Shown here: piece after piece, positions 17,978 through 26,815 of the stretch
Layout: every line of letters starts with the position of its first letter
How positions within the stretch are numbered: position 1 is the first letter of the stretch
Assembly: GCA_036149055.1 (NCBI GenBank)
Contig: JAYZQJ010000033.1
Span: 32,001 to 96,000, forward strand
Origin: Myxococcota bacterium
Lineage (GTDB): Bacteria; Myxococcota_A; Polyangia; Polyangiales; Sandaracinaceae
Direction of reading: 5' to 3'
DNA length: 64,000 nt
The notes under the pieces: model-generated
The model's database searches: none
The model's input: only the letters and a program-made list of their open reading frames with translations
What the model was told of the DNA's origin: nothing
Program-made: the position numbers and the translations under genes

Positions 17978-20193
17978 GGCCCGCCGAACTCGCGCGCCCA
18001 GCCGACGAAGTCGGAGGGGCGCATCGGCCGCCCGAAGAAGAAGCCCTGCACCTCGTCGCAGGCGTGCGCACGGAGGAAGGCGAGCTGCGCCTCCGTCTCC
18101 ACGCCCTCGGCGACGATGGTGGCGCCGAGCGCGTGGCCGAGCGCGATGACCGCGCCGGTGATCGCGGCGCTCGTCTCCTGCTCGCAGACCTTGGAGACGA
18201 AGGATCGGTCGATCTTGATGACGTGGATCGGGAAGCTCGCGAGGTAGCTCAGCGAGCTGTACCCGGTGCCGAAGTCGTCGACGGTGACGAGCACGCCGAC
18301 CTCCTCGAAGCGCTCGAGCAGCGCCCGATGCCGATCGGTCCGCTCGAGGATCGTGCGCTCGGTGATCTCGAGCTCCAGCCGCTCGGGGGCCAGCCCGCTC
18401 TCGGCGAGCGCGTCGACCACGACGTCGACGAACTCCGGCGCGAGCTGCACCGGGGCCACGTTGACCGAGACGGTGAGCGGCAGGCCCGCGTCCGCCCAGC
18501 CCTTCGCCTCGAGGCACGCGCGGCGCAGCACGCGCTCGCCGAGCGGCACCACCAGCCCGGTGTCCTCGGCGACCGGGATGAACTCGGCCGGAGAGATGAA
18601 CCCCTCCTCGGGGTGCTCCCAGCGCACCAGCGCCTCGGCGCCGACCACCGTGTCGTCCTCGAGGGAGACCCGCGGCTGATAGAACACGGTGAGCGCGTCC
18701 TCTTCGATCGCGAGCCGCAGCTCCTTCTCGATCCAGGCGCGGCGGCGCGCCCGCTCGCTCAGCTCGTCGGTGAAGAAGCAGTAGCCGTTCCGGCCGCTCG
18801 CCTTGGCGTGATAGAGCGCCGCGTCGGAGTGGCGGACGAGCGTCTCGTGGTCGTCGCCGTGCTCGGGGTAGACCGCGATGCCGATCGACGCGCCGACGTG
18901 ATAGGCGGTGCCCTCGATGACGTAGGGCTCGCCGACCTTCTCGATCAGGCGTGACGCCACCAGGCCCGCGTCTTCGGGCGCGCGCACGTCGGTCAGCACG
19001 ATCATGAACTCGTCGCCGCCGAGCCGCGCCACCTGGGAGTCGCCGGTGCGACCGACCCAGTCGGTGGCCCGCAGCGCGCCGGAGAGCCGCTCGGCGGTCA
19101 TGCGGAGCAGCGCGTCGCCGACGCCGTGACCGCCCGCGTCGTTGACCTGCTTGAAGCGGTCGAGGTCGATCGAGAGCACCGCGAGCGGCCGGCCGGTGCG
19201 CTTGGCGCCGAAGAGCATGCGCCCGGTCAGCGACTCGATGTAGCGGCGGTTGGCCAGCCCGGTGAGGTGATCGAAGTTGGCGAGGCGGGTGATGCGGTCC
19301 TGCGCGGCGAGCAGGTCCGACGTCTCCTTCGCGAGCGCCGCGTGGGCGCGCTCGAGCTCGGCGACGGCGTGCCGACGCTCGGTCACGTCGCGGAGGATGG
19401 TGGCGACGAGCCGCCGGCCCTCGACCGCGGCCTTCGCGATCTCGACGTGCCGGATCGCGTCGCCCATCCGCAGCGTCAGCTCGCCGCGGCCGTCACACGC
19501 GCTCCAGCCCGGGACGCGCGCCTCGAGCCGATCGCCGACGGAGAGCGGCGCCAGGAGCGCCTCCGCGGCCGGGTTCAGCTGCTCGACCCGCCCGGCCTCG
19601 TCGCAGACGACGACCGCGTCGGCGAGGTTGGCGAGGATCGCGTCGAGCCTGCGCTCTCGGTCCACGACCTCGGCGCGCAGCCGCCTCCGCTCCTTGACGT
19701 CCGGGGTCGGCTCCGCGCGCAGCACCACCGCGTGGGCCGTGTGCTCGCCGACCTGGAGCGCGCGCGCGGCGGCGACCGGCAGGGCCGGCCCGTGGATGCG
19801 CGCCTCGGCGTAGAGGGGCAGGCCGAGCTCGAGCTCGATCTCGTGCCCCGCCGCCGCCATCGTCGTCTTGGCCGCGCCCGCGACCACGTTGGCGAGCTCG
19901 AGGAGCAGCTCGCGGGCGCCGTCCGCGCCGCCGTCGAGCCCGACCCGCTCGGCCATCCAGCCGGCGGCGTCGACGCTCGCCGACACGCCGATCATGTAGG
20001 TCTGCGCGTCGCACGCGAGCGAGAGGTAGGCGCCGGGGCGGTCCGGGGGACCCACCGGCTCGGCGACCGTCGGCGCGGGCAGCCCGAACATCTCGGCGCT
20101 GTCCACGAAGGCCTGAACGACGGCCCCGAGCCACTCGGCCACGTCCTCGTCGAGGTCGCGGCGCGGTGGCCCGGCGAGGGCGGTGGCTTCCAT
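17965..20193 (-). CDS. CheX-like / PAS / GGDEF / EAL c-di-GMP enzyme
   Basis: ELANVVAG...ELGLP (CheC/CheX-like), PAS (DAVVVCDEAGRVEQLNPAAE), DLDRFKQVND...RLGGDEF, then EALVRW...DDFGTGYSSL...EGVE...QG. Confidence 0.92.
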   Translation of the reverse strand: MEATALAGPPRRDLDEDVAEWLGAVVQAFVDSAEMFGLPAPTVAEPVGPPDRPGAYLSLACDAQTYMIGVSASVDAAGWMAERVGLDGGADGARELLLELANVVAGAAKTTMAAAGHEIELELGLPLYAEARIHGPALPVAAARALQVGEHTAHAVVLRAEPTPDVKERRRLRAEVVDRERRLDAILANLADAVVVCDEAGRVEQLNPAAEALLAPLSVGDRLEARVPGWSACDGRGELTLRMGDAIRHVEIAKAAVEGRRLVATILRDVTERRHAVAELERAHAALAKETSDLLAAQDRITRLANFDHLTGLANRRYIESLTGRMLFGAKRTGRPLAVLSIDLDRFKQVNDAGGHGVGDALLRMTAERLSGALRATDWVGRTGDSQVARLGGDEFMIVLTDVRAPEDAGLVASRLIEKVGEPYVIEGTAYHVGASIGIAVYPEHGDDHETLVRHSDAALYHAKASGRNGYCFFTDELSERARRRAWIEKELRLAIEEDALTVFYQPRVSLEDDTVVGAEALVRWEHPEEGFISPAEFIPVAEDTGLVVPLGERVLRRACLEAKGWADAGLPLTVSVNVAPVQLAPEFVDVVVDALAESGLAPERLELEITERTILERTDRHRALLERFEEVGVLVTVDDFGTGYSSLSYLASFPIHVIKIDRSFVSKVCEQETSAAITGAVIALGHALGATIVAEGVETEAQLAFLRAHACDEVQGFFFGRPMRPSDFVGWAREFGGPQLG

Positions 20194-20282
20194 CGGCCGG
20201 ATCCAACGGAGGCCACGTCCACTTTTGAACGTGTTGTTGTACAGTCGGAGCGTGGTGCGGTGAGGTATGCTCGTGCGCTAGC

Positions 20283-21215
20283 GTGATGAAAACGATGCTT
20301 GGACTCTCCGATCGCCTCCTGGGGGTGATCGCCCTCTGCTCGTGCTTGCTCGGCGCGTCCGTGACCGCCGCGCAGGACGAGCCCCCCGCCGCCTCGCTGC
20401 TCCGCACCTCGACCGCCGAGGGCGTCCGAGGCGGCTTCGGCGGCGCCATCGACCGCATCGTGCGCACGCGACTCGACGCCCTCGAGGTGGTGCGCATCCG
20501 CGGCAGCGTCGCGCTCGACGTCTCCGAGGTGCAGCTCGCGCTCGGGTGCGTGGGCGAGACGCCGGAGTGCCTCGGCCAGGTCGCCCAGCAGCTCGACGTG
20601 CAGGTCCTGCTCCTGCCGAACCTGGACCGGGCGGGCGACGAGCTCATCCTGAGCGTCGCGGTCTTCCGCGCCTCCGACGGCGACCTCAGCCGGGTCGTGC
20701 GGCGGGCCAGCGGGTCGGACGCAGAGACCCAGCTCCTCGACGCGGTCGACGGGCTGCTCCGCGAGCTGTTCGGGCTCCCGCCGGCCGAAGAGGAGGAGCC
20801 GGGCCTCGAGGTCGGGCAGGGATCGGGCGAGGGGACCGCGACCCCGGTGACCCCCGCGCCTGCGGAGCCGGCGATCGCCGGGCCCGCGATCGTGCTCGGC
20901 GTCGGCGCGGCCGCGCTGATCGGCGGGATCGTGACCGGGGCGCTCTTCCTCGGCGAAGAGGAGGGCTACCGCGAGGTGCCGCAGACGCCGGCCGACGTGG
21001 CCGACCGCGACGCCCACCGCGAGAGCGCCGAGACGCTGGCGCTCACCACCAACATCCTGCTCATCGGCGGCGGCGCGGTGGCCGCGGCCGGCGTGGTCTG
21101 GCTGGCGATCGAGCTGGCCGGCGCCGGCGGCGACGGTGACACCGCGCTCGTGCCGATCCTCGGGCCCCAGACGGCCGGGCTCTCCCTCTCGGGCACGCTT
21201 CCGGAGATCCGATGA
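20283..21215 (+). CDS. Secreted or membrane-anchored protein of myxobacterial type
   Basis: Signal peptide, LGCVGETPECLGQVA domain, C-terminal hydrophobic hairpin. Its stop overlaps the next start (ATGA). Confidence 0.75.
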   Translation: MMKTMLGLSDRLLGVIALCSCLLGASVTAAQDEPPAASLLRTSTAEGVRGGFGGAIDRIVRTRLDALEVVRIRGSVALDVSEVQLALGCVGETPECLGQVAQQLDVQVLLLPNLDRAGDELILSVAVFRASDGDLSRVVRRASGSDAETQLLDAVDGLLRELFGLPPAEEEEPGLEVGQGSGEGTATPVTPAPAEPAIAGPAIVLGVGAAALIGGIVTGALFLGEEEGYREVPQTPADVADRDAHRESAETLALTTNILLIGGGAVAAAGVVWLAIELAGAGGDGDTALVPILGPQTAGLSLSGTLPEIR

Positions 21216-23512
21216 ACCGCGCTCTCGCACTCTCGCTCTGCGCCTTCGCCCTCGGCGGCTGCTCGCTCGGCCTCGACGGCAACCCCGCCTACTGCGAGTC
21301 CGACGACGACTGCGCCGCCGGCCAGCGCTGCGAGCGCTTCGAGGGCCGCGACGACGGGCTCTGCGTGCCCGACACCGCGCCGATGGACGGCGGCCCCGAC
21401 GCGGGGCCCGACGGCGGGACCGACGGGGGCCGCTGCGTCGACGGGGCGCCCTGCTACTCGGGCCCGGACGGCACCGAGGGCGAGGGCGTCTGCGTCGCCG
21501 GCATGGTCGAGTGCCGGGACGGAGTCGCGTTCTGTCGCGACGAGGTCGTGCCGAGCGACGACGACAGCTGCGACGGCGTCGACCAGGACTGCGACGGCGC
21601 GACCGACGAGGAGGCCCCGGCGATGATGGCCTGCCCCATCTCGCAGCCCGGCGTCTGCGCAGCCGGTGAGTTCCGCTGCGTCGACGCGGAGTACCGCTGC
21701 CGCCCGATCGAGGAGGCCTCGCCCGAGACCTGCGACGGCAACGACGAGGACTGCGACGCCATCGTCGACGAGGACACCGACACCGAGTGCTACGGCATGG
21801 CCCCGGTGGGCTGCCGGCTCGAGGGAGGCCGCTTCGTCTGCACCGGCGTCTGCGCGCCCGGCCGCACCCTCTGCGAGGGCGGGACGGGGACCTGCGTCGG
21901 AGAGCGGATCCCGAGCGCGATGGACGGCTGCACGACCAGCGGCACCGCGTTCGACAACGACTGCGACGGCATGATCGACGAGGACTGCGCCGAGGCGTGC
22001 ACCGACGGCGAGACCCGCGACTGCTACACCGGGCCCTCCTCCGCCGCCGCGCGCGGTCAGTGCGCGCTGGGCTCCCAGACCTGCAGCGGCGGGGTCTTCG
22101 GCGCCTGCACCGGCTCGGTGCTGCCGACCGACGAGACCTGCGCGAACCCGGGTCAAGACGACGACTGCAACGGCGAGGTCGACGACATCGACGGCGAGGG
22201 CGAGGGCTGTGTCGACGAGATGGCGATGGGCGCGTGCCGACGCGGCGTGCTGACCTGCGTGGCCGCCGCCCTGGACTGCGTGACCCCGTCCCCGGCGCCG
22301 ATGGAGGCCTGCGACGGCCGCGACGACGACTGCGACGGCACCGTCGACGAGGGCTTCGACTTCATGGCCAGCGAGGACCACTGCGGCGGCTGCGGACTGA
22401 GCTGTGGCCCGATGCAGACCTGCTGCATGGGCACCTGCACCGACACCGAGAGCGACGAGATGGCCTGCGGCAGCTGCGGCAACGCCTGCGGCGCGGGTGA
22501 GGGCTGCTGCGACGGCGGCTGCCTCGATCTGCAGAACGACGCGATGAACTGCGGCGCGTGCGGCAACGTCTGCCCCGGCACCCAGTCGTGCTGCGGCGGC
22601 ACCTGCGTCGACACCCGGAGCGACACCGGGAACTGCGGCACCTGCGGCACCGCCTGCACGGGCGGCGACGCCTGCTGCGACGGAAGCTGCGCCGACCCGC
22701 TCAGCACCGCCTGCACGATGTGCGCGATGGACTGCATGCCGGGCCAGACCTGCTGCGCCCCCACCTGCACCGACACCTCGACCGACCCCGCGAACTGCGG
22801 CGGCTGCGGCACCGCGTGCGCGATGGGGGACGCGTGCTGCGGGAGCAGCTGCGCGGACACCGACACCGACCCGGCCAACTGCGGCACCTGCGGCACCGCC
22901 TGCAGCGGGGCGACCGACACCTGCTGCGACGGCGGCTGCGTCGACGTCGACACCGACGAGATGAACTGCGGCGGCTGCGGCGTCACCTGCGGCATGGACG
23001 AGACCTGCTGCGGCGGGGCGTGCGTCGATCTCGACGACGACGCGGCGAACTGCGGGGCGTGCGGCACGGCGTGCACCACCGGCAGCCGCACGAGCTGCAC
23101 CAACGGCGAGTGCTGCCAGCCCGGCGACACCTACTGCGCGGGCGCGGGGCGCTGCACCGACCTGGACACCGACGCCCTCAACTGCGGCGGCTGCGGAGTG
23201 ACCTGCGGGGCGGGCCAGAGCTGCTGCGGCGGCGCCTGCATCAACCCGCTCAACGACGAGCTGAACTGCGGCGGCTGCGGGGTCACCTGCGCGGCCGGCG
23301 AGACCTGCTGCGGCGGCAGCTGCGAAGATCTGCGGAGCAGCGACACCGACTGCGGCACCTGCGGCAACAGCTGCGGTGTGAACGAGGCCTGCTGCGCCTC
23401 GGCCTGCCGCAACACCCAGACCGACGAGGACTACTGCGGCGACTGCGACACGTCCTGCGGCGGCTTCCAGATCTGCTGCCGCGGCAGCTGCCAGGGCGGG
23501 CTCTGCTTGTAG
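21212..23512 (+). CDS. Cysteine-rich repeat lipoprotein
   Basis: Lipobox LGGC. Repeats of CDGxDxDCDGxxDE (putative metal-binding) followed by many DxxNCGxCGxxC...CC units. Confidence 0.88.
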   Translation: MNRALALSLCAFALGGCSLGLDGNPAYCESDDDCAAGQRCERFEGRDDGLCVPDTAPMDGGPDAGPDGGTDGGRCVDGAPCYSGPDGTEGEGVCVAGMVECRDGVAFCRDEVVPSDDDSCDGVDQDCDGATDEEAPAMMACPISQPGVCAAGEFRCVDAEYRCRPIEEASPETCDGNDEDCDAIVDEDTDTECYGMAPVGCRLEGGRFVCTGVCAPGRTLCEGGTGTCVGERIPSAMDGCTTSGTAFDNDCDGMIDEDCAEACTDGETRDCYTGPSSAAARGQCALGSQTCSGGVFGACTGSVLPTDETCANPGQDDDCNGEVDDIDGEGEGCVDEMAMGACRRGVLTCVAAALDCVTPSPAPMEACDGRDDDCDGTVDEGFDFMASEDHCGGCGLSCGPMQTCCMGTCTDTESDEMACGSCGNACGAGEGCCDGGCLDLQNDAMNCGACGNVCPGTQSCCGGTCVDTRSDTGNCGTCGTACTGGDACCDGSCADPLSTACTMCAMDCMPGQTCCAPTCTDTSTDPANCGGCGTACAMGDACCGSSCADTDTDPANCGTCGTACSGATDTCCDGGCVDVDTDEMNCGGCGVTCGMDETCCGGACVDLDDDAANCGACGTACTTGSRTSCTNGECCQPGDTYCAGAGRCTDLDTDALNCGGCGVTCGAGQSCCGGACINPLNDELNCGGCGVTCAAGETCCGGSCEDLRSSDTDCGTCGNSCGVNEACCASACRNTQTDEDYCGDCDTSCGGFQICCRGSCQGGLCL

Positions 23513-23575
23513 GCAGTCCGACGAGGCAGCACCGGCGCTTCCTGCTATCCTGCGCCCATCCACGCGGTGTGGAAG

Positions 23576-25300
23576 ATGGTTGCGCGACCTACCGAGCCCG
23601 AGATGCCCACGACCGGAAGCGGTCGGGAGGCGGCGCGGCCCCCCTCGTCGGGGCCCGCCTCCACGCGCCCGGGCTCCGGCCTGGTGGGCCGGGTCGTGGC
23701 CGGCCGCTACCGCATCCTCCGGGAGATGGCCCGCGGCGGCCTGGGCCGGGTCTACGAAGCCCGCCACGTCGAGCTCGAGCGACGGGTGGCGATCAAGGTC
23801 CTCTCCGAGGAGGTCGCGCGGAACGCCGAGGCCATCAAGCGCTTCCAGCGCGAGGCGCAGACCGCGAGCCAGATCGGGCACCCGAACATCATCGACGTGC
23901 ACGACCTCGGCCGGACCGACACCGGCGCGCCGTTCCTCGCCATGGAGCTGCTCGACGGCGAGGACCTCGACGATCTGCTCGGCGCGGAGTCGAAGCTGCC
24001 CCCCGAGCGCACCCTCGAGATCCTCCGCCCGGTGGCCAGCGCGCTCGACGCGGTGCACGCGCGCGGCATCGTGCACCGCGACGTGAAGCCGGCGAACATC
24101 TTCCTCGCCCAGCGCGTCGACGGCAGCGAGGAGGTGAAGCTCCTCGACTTCGGCCTCGCCGCCTTCCAGGAGAACAGCGACCGGCTCACCCAGCTCGGCA
24201 GCGTGGTCGGCACCCCGCACTACATGCCGCCGGAGGCCGCGGAGGGAGAGCTGAGCGGACCGCAGGGCGACGTCTACTCGCTCGCCGCGGTCGCCTACGA
24301 GTGCCTCTGCGGCAAGCTGCCCTTCGACGCCGAGCAGTCGACCGGCGTGCTGGTGAAGAAGGTGGCGCGCGCGGCCCCGACGATGAGCGCCCGCACCGGC
24401 GAGGCCTACCCGCAGGCGGTGGAGGACGTGCTCGCCCGCGCCCTCGACCGGAGCCCCGCGATGCGCCAGGAGACCTGCCTGGGCTTCATCGACGCGCTCG
24501 CGGAGGCGATCGAGAAGCACTGGGGCGCGGAGCCCCTCGCCGCGCCGGCCCCGGCGCCCGACCTCGCGCCCGCCCCGGCGCCCGACATCCTCGAGTCGGG
24601 GACCTTCGAGGGGCCCCCACCCCGCAAGCCGATGGGGCGCTACGTCGCCCTCGGGCTGGTGGCGCTGCTGGCGATCGGCGGCGGCGCGTGGGCGCTCACC
24701 CCGGCGTCGACCCCGCCGACCGCCGATCCGGATCCCGAGCCGGTGGCGGAGGCCCGCCCGCCCGAGGCGACGACCGAGCCGACGACCGAGGCGACGGAGG
24801 CGGCCGAGACCACCGAGCCCACCGAGGCGCAGGCGGCCCCGGAGGGCGCGGCGACCGAGGAGGCGCCGGTCGAGGAGGCCTCCGCGCGCCCGGGTCGACG
24901 GGGGACGCGCCGCGCCGGATCGTCGACCGCGAGGGGCCGCCGTGGCTCGTCCACCGAGCAGGCCTCGTCCACCGAGCAGGCCGTGTCGGGCTCGGCGCCG
25001 ACCGTGACCGGCACCCGCGAGCCGGACCCGCCCGCCGCCGACACCGCGCGGGCCGAGCGCCTCGCCTCGCAGGCGGGCACCGAGCTCATCCGGGGGCAGG
25101 TCGCCGAGGCGGCGCGGCACGCGCGGCAGGCCACCATGGCCGATCCCGGGCACGGCCCCGGGTGGCGCATCCTCGGCATGGCCGAGGAGCGGCTCGGCCG
25201 GAACCCCGAGGCGGCCCGCGCCTACCGACGCTACCTGCGCATCGACGGCTCGTCGCCCGCGGCGGCGCAGGTCCGGCAGCGCCTCGCCGGCGTCGAGTGA
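23576..25300 (+). CDS. Hanks-type Ser/Thr kinase with TM segment and C-terminal TPR (kinase 1)
   Basis: RGGLGRVY, VAIK, HRDVKPANIFL, DFGLA and GTPHYMPPE motifs. TM YVALGLVALLAIGGGAWAL. TPR-like C-terminus. Confidence 0.95.
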   Translation: MVARPTEPEMPTTGSGREAARPPSSGPASTRPGSGLVGRVVAGRYRILREMARGGLGRVYEARHVELERRVAIKVLSEEVARNAEAIKRFQREAQTASQIGHPNIIDVHDLGRTDTGAPFLAMELLDGEDLDDLLGAESKLPPERTLEILRPVASALDAVHARGIVHRDVKPANIFLAQRVDGSEEVKLLDFGLAAFQENSDRLTQLGSVVGTPHYMPPEAAEGELSGPQGDVYSLAAVAYECLCGKLPFDAEQSTGVLVKKVARAAPTMSARTGEAYPQAVEDVLARALDRSPAMRQETCLGFIDALAEAIEKHWGAEPLAAPAPAPDLAPAPAPDILESGTFEGPPPRKPMGRYVALGLVALLAIGGGAWALTPASTPPTADPDPEPVAEARPPEATTEPTTEATEAAETTEPTEAQAAPEGAATEEAPVEEASARPGRRGTRRAGSSTARGRRGSSTEQASSTEQAVSGSAPTVTGTREPDPPAADTARAERLASQAGTELIRGQVAEAARHARQATMADPGHGPGWRILGMAEERLGRNPEAARAYRRYLRIDGSSPAAAQVRQRLAGVE

Positions 25301-25322
25301 CGCCGCGCGCCCGCCTCGAGCG

Positions 25323-26657
25323 CTACCTCAAGCCGTTGCGGCGGAGCAGCGAGAACAGGTAGCTGCGGTCGAGCCCGGCGTCGCGGGCGGCCTGCGAGAC
25401 GTTGCCGTCGGCGCGCCCGAGGAGGTGGTCGAGGTAGAAGCGCTCGAAGTCGCCGAGCGCGCGCTTGCGCGCCTGCTTGTAGGGCAGCGTGAGGATCGAC
25501 GCGTCGTAGGAGCTCGGCGCGGCCGGGCTCTCGGCGCCCTCCGGGACGGCCATCACGTCCACCGGCGGCAGCGCGCCGAGCGCGAGGGTCGCGTCGACGA
25601 GGTTGCGCAGCTCCCGCACGTTCCCCGGCCAGCGGTGCGACTCGAGCTCCGCCAGGTCGGCCTCGGTGAAGAGGGAGTGGATGTCGGTGTCCTCGCCGCG
25701 CTCCTCGAGGAAGTGCTCGATGAGCACCCGCACGTCGCCCTCCCGCTCGCGCAGCGCCGGCAGCTCGAGGCGGAGGACCGCGAGCCGGTAGTAGAGGTCG
25801 AGCCGGAAGTCGCCCGAGTTCACCTCCGCGCGGAGATCGCGGTTGGTCGCCGCGACGATGCGGACGTCGACCGGCACCTCGGTCTGCCCGCCGACCCGGC
25901 GGAAGCTGCGGCGCTCGAGGGCGCCGAGCAGCACCGGCTGGAGCTCGCGCGGCAGCTCGCCGATCTCGTCCAGGAAGAGGGTGCCGCCGTGGGCCTGCTC
26001 GAGCGCGCCCACCCGCTGCCGCTCGGCGCCGGTGAAGGCGCCCTTCTCGTGCCCGAAGAGCTCGCTGGCCACGAGGGTGGGCGCGAGCGCGCCGCAGTCC
26101 ACGGTGACGAAGGGCTCCTCGTTGCGCTTGCTCGACTCGTGGACCGCCCGGGCGACGAGCTCCTTGCCGGTCCCCGACTCGCCGACGAGCAGCACCGACG
26201 CGTCCGAGCGCGCGGCCCGCTTCACCCAGGCCATGACCCGGCGCATCACCGGGCTCGCCCCGACCAGCGGGCCGAGCCGATCGGTGTCGTGCACCTCGAC
26301 GTCGATGGGGTTGCCGTCGCGGACCACCAGCCGGGTCCGGCCGAGGGCCAGCGTCGTGTCGGGGGCGACGACCGCCCGCCCGAGCCGCGCCGGGCCCACG
26401 TAGGTCCCGTTCGTCGATCCCTGATCGACCACCTCGACCCCGTCGGCGGTGCGCCGGAGCTCGAGGTGATAGCGGCTGACCGTCTCGTCGCCGAGGATGA
26501 GATCGTTGCCCTGGGCGGTGCCCACCGTCAGGCGCTCGCGCTCGCCCCACACGGACCGGCCAACGTCCGTCCCCTCCGTGACGTCGACGCGCAGCGTCTG
26601 GACCGCGGCCGCGGCCTGGCTGTCGCCCCACTTTCTGGTTCGCCTGTCCGACACCAT
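25323..26657 (-). CDS. FHA-domain sigma54-dependent enhancer-binding protein
   Basis: FHA (VGT...VSRYH...GSTNGT), Walker A GESGTGKE, ELFGHEKGAFTGA, LFLDEIGEL, WPGNVREL and a Fis-type HTH (GNVSQAARDAGLDR). Confidence 0.95.
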   Translation of the reverse strand: MVSDRRTRKWGDSQAAAAVQTLRVDVTEGTDVGRSVWGERERLTVGTAQGNDLILGDETVSRYHLELRRTADGVEVVDQGSTNGTYVGPARLGRAVVAPDTTLALGRTRLVVRDGNPIDVEVHDTDRLGPLVGASPVMRRVMAWVKRAARSDASVLLVGESGTGKELVARAVHESSKRNEEPFVTVDCGALAPTLVASELFGHEKGAFTGAERQRVGALEQAHGGTLFLDEIGELPRELQPVLLGALERRSFRRVGGQTEVPVDVRIVAATNRDLRAEVNSGDFRLDLYYRLAVLRLELPALREREGDVRVLIEHFLEERGEDTDIHSLFTEADLAELESHRWPGNVRELRNLVDATLALGALPPVDVMAVPEGAESPAAPSSYDASILTLPYKQARKRALGDFERFYLDHLLGRADGNVSQAARDAGLDRSYLFSLLRRNGLR

Positions 26658-26698
26658 CGCTCACATTACCTCGGATCGCGGTCAGATGGGGGAGATTG

Positions 26699-26740
26699 CT
26701 GTGGGCATACACCCCACAGATGTGGGCGGCCGCTCCCCAA
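26699..26740. promoter_or_regulatory. Tandem palindromic upstream activator sites
   Basis: CTGTGGG-N7-CCCACAG (26699-26719) directly followed by degenerate ATGTGGG-N7-TCCCCAA (26720-26740). Confidence 0.65.
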
Positions 26741-26770
26741 GCTAGCCTTCACCGCGGCACGGTGAGCCTT

Positions 26771-26786
26771 CGGAACGGTGCTTGCC
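26771..26786 (+). promoter_or_regulatory. sigma54 -24/-12 promoter of kinase 2
   Basis: cGGAACGGTGCTTGCc gives GG-N10-GC with TTGC. Confidence 0.7.
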
Positions 26787-26815
26787 TCATATCGAGACCG
26801 AAGGGACGTGCGAAC

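Noticed and set aside
23524..23539. GG-N10-GC upstream of kinase 1
   Set aside because: Lacks the TTGC/TGC -12 context and the palindromic upstream sites. Expected by chance at this GC level.
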